Shown here: piece by piece, positions 53,145 to 64,000 of the stretch
Layout: each line of letters begins with the position of its first letter
Numbering within the stretch: position 1 is the stretch's first letter
Source of the DNA: Camelus dromedarius
Lineage: Eukaryota
Direction: 5' to 3'
Assembly (NCBI RefSeq): GCF_036321535.1
Contig: NC_087437.1
Location: forward strand, 86,678,001 to 86,742,000
Length of the DNA: 64,000 nt
The notes under the pieces: generated by a model
The model's input: the letters and a program-made list of their open reading frames with translations, nothing else
Databases searched by the model: none
What the model was told of the DNA's origin: nothing
Position numbers and translations under genes: made by a program

Positions 53145-53801
53145 TGTTAGAGCAGGCAGATAGCTAGATATGAGCAGAGAAAGGGGGACACAGACCAAAT
53201 GGCAGGAATTGGGCAGAAAGGAGGGGCACAAGCCAAATGTAGGAAAATATACATCATATAAGCACCAGGGGTCCCTGGGCAGAGAAAGAAAAGCAGGAAC
53301 CTTTGGGCTGATAAGGGATCACACCTTTTGGGGTGAGGAGTGGCCTGGAGATGAACAAAGAAAGGTGAGAAAAGACAGGAATCTCCAGTGTCTGAATGTA
53401 ACCTTTTGCTCATTATGTCCTCATTTCAATAAAATTAGCCTTGCAGATTAGAAGTACCCATCATGTACCAACGCCATGATACTCCTGATCCAGACTAAAT
53501 AAGGACAAAAATCCCTCCTCCTTTTGGGAGGGTGGAGTTGGGATGATAATCAGGGAATATGACCCCAAACCCCTCCCTCCCCAATGAATATTCTGCCCGT
53601 TCATTTTTACACCCTATGTAACTAGTCAAAGAAACACAGGGCAGCCGCTCACCTGAGCCTGCCCGCTCTCCCCTTGAGAGTGTAACTCTCCACCCTTTAA
53701 TAAATCCTCACTTTACTTTTTTTTAACCTCTACATCTTGTCTCTGAATTCTTTCTGGGACAGGACAAGACCCTGGAACACCAGTTAGATCCACCGGCAGC
53801 A
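53145..53801 (+). mobile_element. ERV1 solo LTR, 657 bp
   Basis: TGTTAG...GCA termini; TSD gtat/atat; aataaa at ~53699 followed by a typical U5 (ctctgaattctttctgggac...aagaccc). Confidence 0.85.
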
Positions 53802-54939
53802 ATATGTGTGAAGGTGATCAGGCCTACGAAAACATTTCAAAGTTGAGCATATTAAAAGGAATGAGAACTGTCCTGTCGATGAATAGTTATTGGACATAGG
53901 TGCAGATTTTTGTATTAAATATGGTGATCAGGTTAATATTTTTGAGAAGATGGATTGGAACAAAGTCTTGAAGAGAGTTAGCCACACAGATAATTGAGTA
54001 TTCCTATGGATAATTGGAGATTATTCCAGACAGGGTAATGGTGGATCCAAAAACTTTAAAATAGAGGAGGTTTGGTATGTTCTGGAAATAGCAATGTCAG
54101 TAAAGCTGGAGTATTAAAAGCGAGTGTGAGAGATGTGGAAGAGGTAACAGTGTCCTGGATTGTGTAGAGACTGGAAGACTGTTCCAAGGACTTTGTATTT
54201 TACTCTGAATGAAATGGGAAGCCAATGCAGGGTTTTGAGGAGTGGCATGATCTGGCTTTGGTTTTAAAATACTCACTTATTGCTACTGTATGTAATGAGA
54301 ACAGACTGTAGTTAAGCAATTCTAGAACTGAGAAGACAAGCTAGAATCTAAATACAACGTAACAGTACCTCAGTCTAGGATGGCACCATTGCAGAAGTGA
54401 AACTTTGTGAGAACAAAATTTTTTGAAGGTAGACCCAATGGAATTTAGTAGTGATTTGGATAGGGGCTGTGAGAGAGAAAGAAAACAGAGAGAATAACTT
54501 CAATTCTTTGGTCTGAGTGCTGAACTGAGGTTGTGAAGAGTATGTGAATAGCTGTTTTTGTTTTTTTGTTTGTTTCAGGAAGGATGTTGGTCAGAACTTA
54601 CCATTGGATATATAAGAGTGAAATCTCAGGTAGGCAGGTAATGGATATATCAGTGTAGAGCTTGTATGACGGTTCTCTACTGGAGATATATATACTTATA
54701 TATATGTATATACATATAGAATAGTTATTGGTTTAGAGATTTAGGTTTAGACTTTAGGTTTAAAGTCATGGTTCTGAATGAGATCACTTAGGGAAGAAGT
54801 ATAGATTGTGAAGAGTATAGGATCAACAACTGGCTTTGGGGTCACTCAACATTCAGAATGTAGTACAAAAAAGGAGAAGTCATCAAAATATGCTGAGAAG
54901 GAGAAACCCATGAGGTAGGGGAAAAACCAATGAAGTGTG

Positions 54940-55400
54940 TGTTAATTCGAGTCCAAAGAGAAGCAGATACCAACTAAAGTTAGATGTATAAGAGATTTTT
55001 TTGGAGGGAAATTTTTTTTTCCTCCAAAAAAGGAAAAATGGGAGGGAGCCAAAGGGAGTAAAGAGAACTTTCTGATCTTTATGGAGATCTGAGCACCGTG
55101 GAAAAGAAGGAGAGGAGATAGGATTGAGGAGAATGAGTCTTAGACTGCAATGCAGTTCTAAGGACGTTTCAGCCAGGCGACTGTGAGTTGAAAGCCGAAG
55201 CCCCTATTTGAGGAATTCTGTATCTCTCAGGGTCATGTGTTGGTGCTGATGCTGTGCTCAGCCCTGGCTGGTAGCAGCCAGTCAGAAGCACAGATTCAAC
55301 ACCCAATCACAAGGGTGGATCCGAGAGCACTGGGGCGGACAGTCCTCCAGCTGTGCTCCCTGCACCAGGATATCAGAACAGTGCGCCAGCGCGGGGTCCT
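54940..55400 (-). mobile_element. ERVL LTR (LTR16-like)
   Basis: gagaagcagataccaac...agtcttagactgcaatgcagttctaagg...gctgtgctcagccctggctgg. Confidence 0.6.
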
Positions 55401-55784
55401 AGGAAGCAAGTGAGGAGCAGGAAGGAGGGAGTGTTGAATGATGTAAAATGCTGATGATAGGTGGAAGAAGAGGGCTAAGGGCTGATGACTGGACTTAACA
55501 ACGTGGAGCTTATTGATTAATTTGACAAGAATAGAGTGGTGAGGACTAAAGCCTGACTGGATTGGGTTTAACAGTGAATGATGGGAGGAGAGAAATCAGA
55601 CTGTGGGAACAGACTGCTCTTTGAAGATAGTGTGTTACGAAGGAAAATGAAAGAAATGATGAACTATCTGAGAGGGAAGTGGGGTCAAGAAAAAGTATTT
55701 TTCTTTTGAAAGTTGGAAGAATTTAGCAGCATGTTTGTATGCTGATGGAAAAATTCAGTAAGAAGCCAAAACACTTAATGGCCC

Positions 55785-56262
55785 TGTTGTGAACTGATAC
55801 AATAATGGCCTTTCATACATTATGCATCTCTGTTTCTAGGCCTCTTGGCAATATGAAATTGCTCCCATCAAGAGGTGGAGTCTTTTCCCCCAACTCTTGT
55901 GTCTGGGTTGACCTTGTGATTTGTGTTGTCCAACAGAGTGCAGCAGAAGTGACAATGTATGTCTTCTAAGGCTAGGCTTTAAGAAGCCTTGCAGCTTCTG
56001 CTTTTACCCTCTTGGAACACTGCCCCATCATTTAAACAGCTGTCTCCAACCCTCAGACATTTGCTTGAGGCTATTTTGGACAATCCTGTCCAAGTCAAAT
56101 ATCAAGATGACTTCAGCTAGATGAGTGACACCAGCCCTGAGCAGCAGAGTAATTCCCCAGCCACGCCCACATGGCCATACCACTCTCCGTGAGACATAGG
56201 GAATAACTGTTTGTATGTCAATACTTTTTGAGGTAATTTATTAACAATGACTGATAACTGGT
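55785..56262 (+). mobile_element. MaLR LTR (MLT1F/G-like)
   Basis: gctcccatcaagaggtggagtc...gcagcagaagtgac...aagaagccttgcagcttctgc...gataactggta. Confidence 0.75.
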
Positions 56263-56964
56263 AGAGAACCCAAACACCTTTTTGAAAATCTTACTTTTTA
56301 CTTTTCCTCTGTATGTTTTAATGTTTATGTTAGATAAACTAAGGAATGCTCTGTGCATTAAATGCAGTTTGTACTTTGTCATGACCATGTCTAAACCAGC
56401 TAAACATGTTCATTTTTTAAGGCCTTTTTTCCTAGACTGGTATCTGCATGCACTTTTACTGCCTTTGGCTGTTCACTTTATTTAAATTCTTTTTGTGACC
56501 GTTGCTATGTATTATACTGCAGGCATTTGTGTTGGTTTAATTTCCTGAGTGGATGTGGCATTGCAGGAAACATGTCTATTATGAAACAACTCGAATTATT
56601 CTCTTTCATTAGGTCTCCCTACCCCTTTCTTCTTCCCTGCCTTCCATCTTTCCTTCTTTCTCTTTTTTCTTTTCCTAAATTCCTACAGAATTCTTACAGT
56701 GTTTGCAAAAGTACATTTTATTGAAGAGACCCAAATAATTTTTTACTTAAAAGAATAAAGGCTCTCTTAACTGTAAGAGTAGAAAAATAATTTCTGCAAT
56801 ATGGCCTTTGGAGCTAGGAGCTCCTAGACATAAGATAGTACAGCAAAATTCTAAATTCCTCAAAAAGCTTCTAAACTGCTTAATGTATACTTTGATGTAG
56901 CACCTAAGTTTTTAAAAATCAATGATACAAAATATTTCTTTTACTTAACTTAATGGCATATGTG

Positions 56965-57160
56965 TACTCTACCACTTAGCTGTGTAATCTTGAACAAGAT
57001 GCTTAATCTTTTTCTACTTCATTTTCTTCATTTTAAGACTCTCATAAATCTGATGCCTATCTTATAAGTTTTTATTATTAAATGATATCATATTTCCAAA
57101 TAGCTATAGAACAGGATTCAGGGTATTATAAGCCCTGAATAACTATTAAGAAGTATTATT
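56965..57160 (+). mobile_element. MIR SINE remnant
   Basis: ctctaccacttagctgtgtaatcttgaacaagatgcttaatc core. Confidence 0.7.
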
Positions 57161-58393
57161 ATCACATGATATAGGACCTGGCTTTTCTCATTATCACTTT
57201 AAGATACTAGATCTGGCAAGTAATTTTAGAGGAGGGCTGGCTCTTTATTAGCCAACTTAGTTAAACATTCTGTCTAATGATGTCCTTTATCTACTTTATT
57301 TCTGTGTTATCTGGAATCAACTACCTTCTAAATCTGTGACGATAATTAATGGATTTATTCTCTGCAGAAAAGCCACTACTTCTATTCATGTCAAATGGAT
57401 TTAATTAATTTAAACTATAAAAATATAAATGGAATTTGGGAGATAATAAAAGAAAAGATAAGGCTATTAGTAATAATCCTAGAGTTTATTATCTTCAAAA
57501 ATAATGTTTCCTCTAGATTGTCCAAGAAAGAAATGAAATACCATATACTGCCCTAAAAAAGTCCTGACTAAAATCTTTGGGGAAAGGGTATGAATAAATG
57601 GTTAATCGTGACTAACCAGGTCCATAAGAACTCATGACTTCATGTTGTTCATATGCTAAGGTTGTACCACACATGTTATTATAAGGCATCTTGTGGCTGG
57701 TGTACAAGACTGCAATTCATACTAACAGATGTTTGGGAAGGAAATTATTTGTTTAATTTGTTTATGAGTCAGAGGATTTTTGTCTGAATGTAATTATAGG
57801 AGGAGACCACAATTTATGAATGGATTGTATTCCAAAAGTGCATTTGTGAGTCACTTGTTTGGGACTAAGAACATATTTTTATGTATAAACTAGGTTAAAT
57901 GTTAGTGTCTCCCAAGCAAGCTCACAAAGAGCTGCTTTAACCCATTATTTGGCTGATAGTATCTGCCTATTATTCCTGTGTCTCTAGAGAAGAGATTTGA
58001 GGAGAAAATAGCCTCTTCCTTTCCTGGCATTTGTTTAGATTCCACTAGTGATAGCCTTTTCCCCTTTCCAGTCTGCTTTTCCAAGAGACCTCATAAGCCC
58101 CAGCCACCCTGAAGGACTACAACTCTGGCCTGACCATTGTTGGCAAAATTCATGCAATTTCAGAATTACCTGCCTCTCCTTTCCCATCACTGATATGTTC
58201 CAACTTTTGATGATGCTGATCTCAGGTTATAATAAGAAAGCAATGTAGCTTAATTCTTTTTACACTAATAAGATTAATGATTGTCTGAAGAGCACTTATA
58301 ATTCGAAAATAGATTTGTATTCATACAAATTACTGTATTTGGTGGACTTTATGACTAACAAAATGAAGGGAAAAAAATCCAGACACATTGGAG

Positions 58394-58700
58394 TGTTGTT
58401 GAATCCAAGTTCACGTGAGGGCAAACAAACTGAAATGTTGGAGTTTGGAGCAGAGAAGGGTTTATTGCAATGGCCAAGCAAGGAGAATGGGGCAGTTTGT
58501 GTTCAAAAGACTCGAACTTCCTGACCATTTTCAGGGAGGAGTTTTTATAGGCAGAATTTGGGGAAAAGTCAGCAGGGTGTGTGACCCTCCTCTGATTGGT
58601 TGGTGGAGTGGTAACAGGGTGGTGTTCCAGGAATCTCAATCATCAGCCTTCTGGTTCCAGCCAGTCTGGGTTTCAGGTGTTTGTGCTTCATGCACTAACA
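58394..58700 (-). mobile_element. ERV1 LTR, partial
   Basis: tgttgttgaatccaagttc...gggtttattgc (AATAAA on the minus strand)...tttttatag (TATA on the minus strand)...ctgattggttgg (CCAAT on the minus strand). Confidence 0.75.
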
Positions 58701-59016
58701 TGTTCTCTAAAACTTTCACCGGTAGTTCTCATTTTATCAACACTGATAAATACTGAGAAAAAAACGGTAAGAAAGAATTTATATATGTATATATTTCAGT
58801 TTTCCTGAATGTGCTTTTTTCTTTTCACAAATCAATGTATGCCTAATTTTTAATTAATTGGTGTGTTTGTGTCCAAACTAGGTAATGTATTTCCTCTATG
58901 AGTAAAAGGAGTGATTATTATTTGGGACTCTATGTCTACAGCCTAGCCCAGTGCCCTGACACTTAACTCTTCGATATATATACTTAATGAATAAAACAAA
59001 AATTTTGAAATCTCTT

Positions 59017-59622
59017 TGTTACCAGGAGGAGGGAAGTAAGAATTACCTCGGTTCTTAGTCACCCCCCAAAAATGAATTTTTAATGAGAGACAGAAAGCCT
59101 GATATAAACAAGATTTTATTAGTAAAGTAAGAAGGTAGTACTATTGTACACTCCCGAGAATTGGGAACAGGGCAGTCCAAGAGAGGAAAAATGGCCCCGC
59201 TCCTTTGTTTTTCCGTTTTTTGTATCCTGGCTTAGGGGGTGTTTTCATGATTGATTGATTCATGGCACAGGTTCTTTGAATGCTCAGGCTGATTGACAGC
59301 TCAGTTTTCTTGTGCTCAGGAATACCCACTCCTTTTGTGCATGTTCTTACCCACAATGCACACAGAGAAACCTATAGGACGGGGCTCAAACTGCAATGTT
59401 AATTACATTGTAATGAGCATTGGGTCAAGTTAAACCCAGTCCTTCTCTCTATTGTGCAGCCGCAGCGTTCGATTCTAGCCAGCTTCTTTGCTGACCCTTA
59501 TTTAGAGAAAGCAAAAGTTTTTGGAGCCCCTTGTCCTGAGTGCAGGCATACATTTTCTGGGTTACTCCTTTCCCCTCTCTCTCCTCCTGGCCCGGTGCTC
59601 GTTTCTATCTAACTGCCTAACA
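59017..59622 (-). mobile_element. ERV1 solo LTR, 606 bp
   Basis: TGTTA...TAACA inverted termini; TSD tctt/tgtt; ttttatt near the left end. Confidence 0.85.
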
Positions 59623-60570
59623 TGTTCATATTTGAAACATGCCACAACAGATATACAAAAGTACTTGAGTGGGAATAACAAGATACGCTATATAGACTAA
59701 CAGATATCTGTTTAGGGAAATAGACACCATACTAATTTGACCTTTTAGCTCTAGATATTTCTTCTCTTTTTCTGGTGAGGATAAAGGTTAACTTATTTTT
59801 ATTATAAACAATACTCAATGTTTCCACCTAGAAAATTATTTTGATTTATTTATGTTACAGAAAAAGTGAGAAGTTGAGGAAGGAAATTGTATTCTAGTTC
59901 TCAAACTCCATAGATATTCAAGAGTCAATTGGCATTCTTGTAGAGAAGAGGGATTTACATAATAGGGTGTAAATAAAATAGAGTTTTAAAGTCACTTAAC
60001 ACATGTGTAAATGAAATTAAAATACATGTAGCCTGAGGGGAAAAGAAAAACAAACCTGAATTAAAATATGCAACCTGACATTAGAACAATGCAGTTTTAT
60101 CTAGTGAGGTAATGCCCCCACAGTGCAGTAAATTAAAAGTAATCCACACAAGACTATCATGTTGAATGCACCTTTATTTAGTTTAAACAGCTCTTCAGCT
60201 TCCAGAGTATTTGGGTGGCCCTTTCTGATTTACACTTGAACACTGACATGTGAAACTTGAGTCTGTGAGGTCTGGAGAGAATGCATCACCGCACAACAGA
60301 TGGAGCGGCTTGTTTATTAACAGGTATCACTTAATAACGTGCAGCCCTGCAAAGACTCGCTCTTGATTCAGCTATTTCTAAGGCTGGGTAGTGCTATTAA
60401 GTTCAGACTTAAAGTATTATGGCACATATCAGTAATTTGGCAGGTCCTTTTCAAATGAGACATCTACTCTTTATTTTTAACTATTCTTAAATTAATAGTT
60501 TAAATGCAATTTTAAGAGAGGATACTGCCCAAAGAACCCATGAGGATTAAAGTCATTACAATAATAAATT

Positions 60571-60858
60571 CATATATTCTTTTCCAGATTCTTTTTCCAT
60601 TATAGATTATTACCAAGATACTGAATACATTTCCCTGTGCTACACAGTAGATCCTTGTTGTTTGTCTATTTTATGTATAGTAGTATATATCTGTTAATCA
60701 CAAACTCCTAACTTATCCCTTCCCCCTTTCCCCTTTGGTGTAACGATAAGTTTGTTTTCTATGTCTGTAAGTCTGTTTTTGTTTTGCAAATAAGTTCACT
60801 TGTATCATTTTTTAGATTCCACATATAAGTGATATCATATGATACTTGTCTTTTTCTC
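60571..60858 (-). mobile_element. L1 3'UTR fragment
   Basis: ttccctgtgctacacagtagatccttgttg...ttagattccacatataagtgatatcatatg; similar to the 1060-1318 type. Confidence 0.85.
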
Positions 60859-60904
60859 ATCTCCCTTATTTTTTGATAACAGAAACCAGATTTTATTCAC
60901 TTAT

Positions 60905-61334
60905 TGGCATTGATTTGACCAGTGAATAAAGTCTAAGCCACTCATAAAAGATTCATTCCCCTTGACATTGATTGCTTTGGGTATTAGCATGTGATGCAAA
61001 CCTGATGGATACAAAGTAAGGAGACATCTGCTGAGGCATTTCCCAGAAAGTTTTCTCAATCTTAGAACAGAACAGAAATTAGGGATTCTCCTAATTTTTA
61101 CTCCTTTGTATGTTGCTGAGTAAAATGATGATGCCTAGAATTTCTGTAGCCATTTTATGACTCTGAAGGAAAACACATTGAGTTTCTAAGTTAGCCAATC
61201 TGAAACCATCCTTTCTACAGAATTCTTGTTATATGAACTAATAAATCTTATTATATAAAAGAATAAATCTTATTTTTTTAAGCTATACTTAGTTGGGTCT
61301 TTCATTACTCATAGCAGAATGCAGCCTAACTGCT
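60905..61334 (+). mobile_element. Old MLT1-type LTR remnant
   Basis: gatgcctagaatttctgtagccattttatgac...ttcttgttatatgaac...gcagaatgcagcctaactg. Confidence 0.55.
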
Positions 61335-61354
61335 ATAAATAGGTTAACGAATAG

Positions 61355-61773
61355 AAATACCACATATTCTCACGTGTGGAATTAAAAACAACAACAACAA
61401 TACAAAATAAAGCTCAGAGATAGAGAGAACAGATTGGTGATTGTCAAAGGTGGGGGTTGGGAGTGTGTGAAATGGTTGAAGGGGTTCAAAAGGTACAAAT
61501 TTCTAGTTATAAAATAATTGTCTTGAGGCTATAATGTACAGCATGATGACAATAGTTAGACTATATTGCATATTTGAAAGTTGCTAAGAGAGTGGATCTT
61601 AAAAGTCTTCACTAGAAGAGAAAAAATTCTGTTATAACTACGTAAGGTGATGGATGATAACTAGACTTACTGTGGTGCTCATTTTGCAATATATAAAAAT
61701 ATCAAATTATTATGTTGTACACCTAAAACTAATATAATGTTATTTGTCAATTATGCCTCAATAAATGTTTTTA
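61355..61773 (+). mobile_element. L1MA9-like 3'UTR
   Basis: gaacagattggtgattgtc...aaaaggtacaaatttctagttataaaataa...gttgctaagagagtggatcttaaaag...caattatgcctcaataaa. Confidence 0.85.
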
Positions 61774-62699
61774 AAGAGATAAAATAGCTTAGCAGATAAT
61801 CTTAGAGACTTTAAGTGATTAGAAAATATTTTGATGTTATTCTTTTGGAGGTCTAATAAATTATTGCCATTTTGGGAATTTGTATGTGCCATTATTTCAA
61901 TGACAAAAGTTACTAATCCTTGAAGAAGTAAAATAAATTGTTAGTATGAAAGGAATTAACTTGAAAGAGTTCAACTATAGACAGAAGAAATGTCAAATGA
62001 GCAAGATTCTTTCTAACTAAAAAGGAGTTTACGTCAGTTGTTTATTACAGAATGCTGTGAGTCATTATAGGAATTTAAAATAAAAATTATGTATGTTTTC
62101 TCCTGTTTTGCTTAAAACTATAACATATGTTTCCGTACAGGATACTAATACTTTCTGATTGAACAAAGCATGATCACCAAACACTTCTTTAAACAATAGG
62201 AAAAAAAATAAAGAATATCAAAGCAAGATAATCTTGATTTACTCTCTGCATTTACTTCCTTCCAAATACTGACTTGAGTTCACTTGTCCTATTAAAATGC
62301 ATAGGCTCTGAGGGGAAGATGAGCAAAGCATCCCACATTTGCTAATATAGCACATTTTGACAGATTGCTGTGCATAACACAATTGATCATCAGGATGAGA
62401 ATAGGAAAAAAGCAGAGATGAAATCATGCCAACCTGAGGGAGATGAATGTTCTATTAATCTTTTAATTATTTTTTGAATAGACTGAGCTGACTTTTGCTT
62501 TCTATAGTTTGTTTCACCACTTTGGTATGCTTTACCTATTCAGCAAAAGAAAGTTTTAAACTTTTAGTAAATTATTATCAAAGTCACATGATATACCAAA
62601 TGAAGTCAACACATTATTTGGGATTTTTTAAAAATGTGTATATATTTCTTCCTTCCTTATAGGGAAGAAAGTCTTGATTTTCTTGTCTTTGTGTTTTTG

Positions 62700-62870
62700 A
62701 TTTCTTCACTTTTCCACCTTTAGAGAGGTGCTTTTAGACAAGTGGCTAACTTCTCTGAAAGTCATTTTTTTTTTCTTTTTATACAATTGGACATTGCTAT
62801 CTACCTCACATAATTATTGTAAAAATCATCTTAAATATCATATAGAAAAGCACTTACATAATATTGGCTG
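62700..62870 (+). mobile_element. MIR remnant
   Basis: gacaagtggctaacttctctgaa...ctatctacctcacataattattgtaaaaatc. Confidence 0.55.
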
Positions 62871-62979
62871 AATCTAGGTTTAGGAAAATTGTAGGATTAC
62901 CAATCATTTTTAGTGAAAATATTAAGTTTTCAAATTAATAGACGCATTATTTTAAAATATTATTTTGGAGGAATGGCAT

Positions 62980-64000
62980 TATCAAGATGGCCAAGTAAAA
63001 TGTCCCTTGCATGTGTCTTCCCTTCAACAACAGTTTGGCATCCATCCACAGACAAAAGTGCCTTTGTGGGAGCTGTGGGATCCAGAACTAAATGCCAAGG
63101 GATCTGGGAGGAGGCTCACCCACTTGTGGGTGGGGTAATTGGTCTACAGACTTCACTGCCAGTTGTGTATCCAGCAGTCACCTGTGACAGCTGCAGCCCC
63201 TTTCAGCCACAGTCTGGGAGCCCCTGGAGAACTCTGTCCCAGACAATCAGGATGTGACAGCCTTTGTGGAAGTTCAGGAGTCCAGCAGAGAAGTCCCAGT
63301 CATAAGAGATTAGTATGAAGAATTATATGGAAAAAAAAAAAGGATAACCTAGGAGAAATGGATAAATTCTGAGAAACATACAACTACCAAGACTAAATCC
63401 TGAAGAAATAGAAGTTCTGAACAGACCGATGATGAGTAGGAAGATTGCATCAGTAATTTAAAAAATTCCCAGCAAAGAAAAGCTCAGGACCAGATGGTTT
63501 CCCTGCTGAATTCTACCAAACATTTAAAGAAGAATGGGTGTCAGTCTTAAACTCTTCCAAAAAATTGAGAAGGGATTACTCTCAAACTCATTTATGAGGC
63601 CAACATTATGCTGGTACCAAAGCCAGGTAAGGGCAATACAAGAAAAGAAAACTACAAGACAATATCCTTGATAAAAATAGATGTAAAAATTCCCAACAAA
63701 ATATTAGGAAGCCAAATTTAACAGCATGCTAAAAGAATCATACAGCATGATCAAGAGGGATTTATCCTTGTAATGCATGGATGGTTAAACATACACAAAT
63801 CAATAAATATGATATACCACATTAATAGAATAAAAGATTTAAAATATATAATAATCTCATTGACTGGAGAAAAAGCACTTGACAAAATACAAATCCTTTC
63901 ATTTTAAGAACTTAACAAAATGCGTATAGAAGGAACATAACATAATAAAGGTCATAAATAAAAAGCCCACAACTAACATCACACTTAATAATTAAAGGTT
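62980..64000 (+). mobile_element. Older L1: ~320 nt of 5'UTR joined to mid-ORF2 (pre-RT/RT); runs off the right edge
   Basis: Starts caagatggcc (YY1-like); from ~63300 ORF2 text (gaaatggataaattc...caggaccagatggtttccctgctgaattctaccaaacatttaaagaag...aagcacttgacaaaatac). Confidence 0.8.

Larger units (their letters stand above)
52975..55760 (+). mobile_element. Long L2 element interrupted by two LTRs
   Basis: aaatgtttattaaactgctgcgtgct...ttttactctgaatgaaatgggaagccaatgcagggttttgag...aaagcctgactggattgggtttaac. Confidence 0.75.

Overview
AT-rich, gene-poor mammalian genomic DNA (intronic or intergenic). Much of it is interspersed repeats: LINE-1 of several ages, L2, MIR, ERV1/ERVL/MaLR solo LTRs and MER5-type hAT relics. 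The youngest L1 3' UTRs resemble camelid (alpaca/camel) L1 from recall, which is not verified by search. No intact host gene, RNA gene or intact retroelement ORF is recognisable; nearly all ORFs in the track are L1 ORF1/ORF2 fragments or noise. The most notable features are: (1) a 3.0-kb, TSD-flanked L1 with a full CpG-rich 5'UTR and ORF1 joined directly to the last ~340 nt of ORF2 and the 3'UTR, i.e. an ORF1-only (HAL1-like or spliced) L1, whose tail may carry a 10-nt 3' transduction; (2) a 171-nt open, phase 1-1 candidate exon at 51146-51316; (3) a 70-bp L1 insertion with a perfect 14-bp TSD; (4) a perfect 18-bp-arm hairpin; (5) a 24-bp templated replacement inside a young L1. Repeat family names are by-eye assignments and old-repeat boundaries are approximate.
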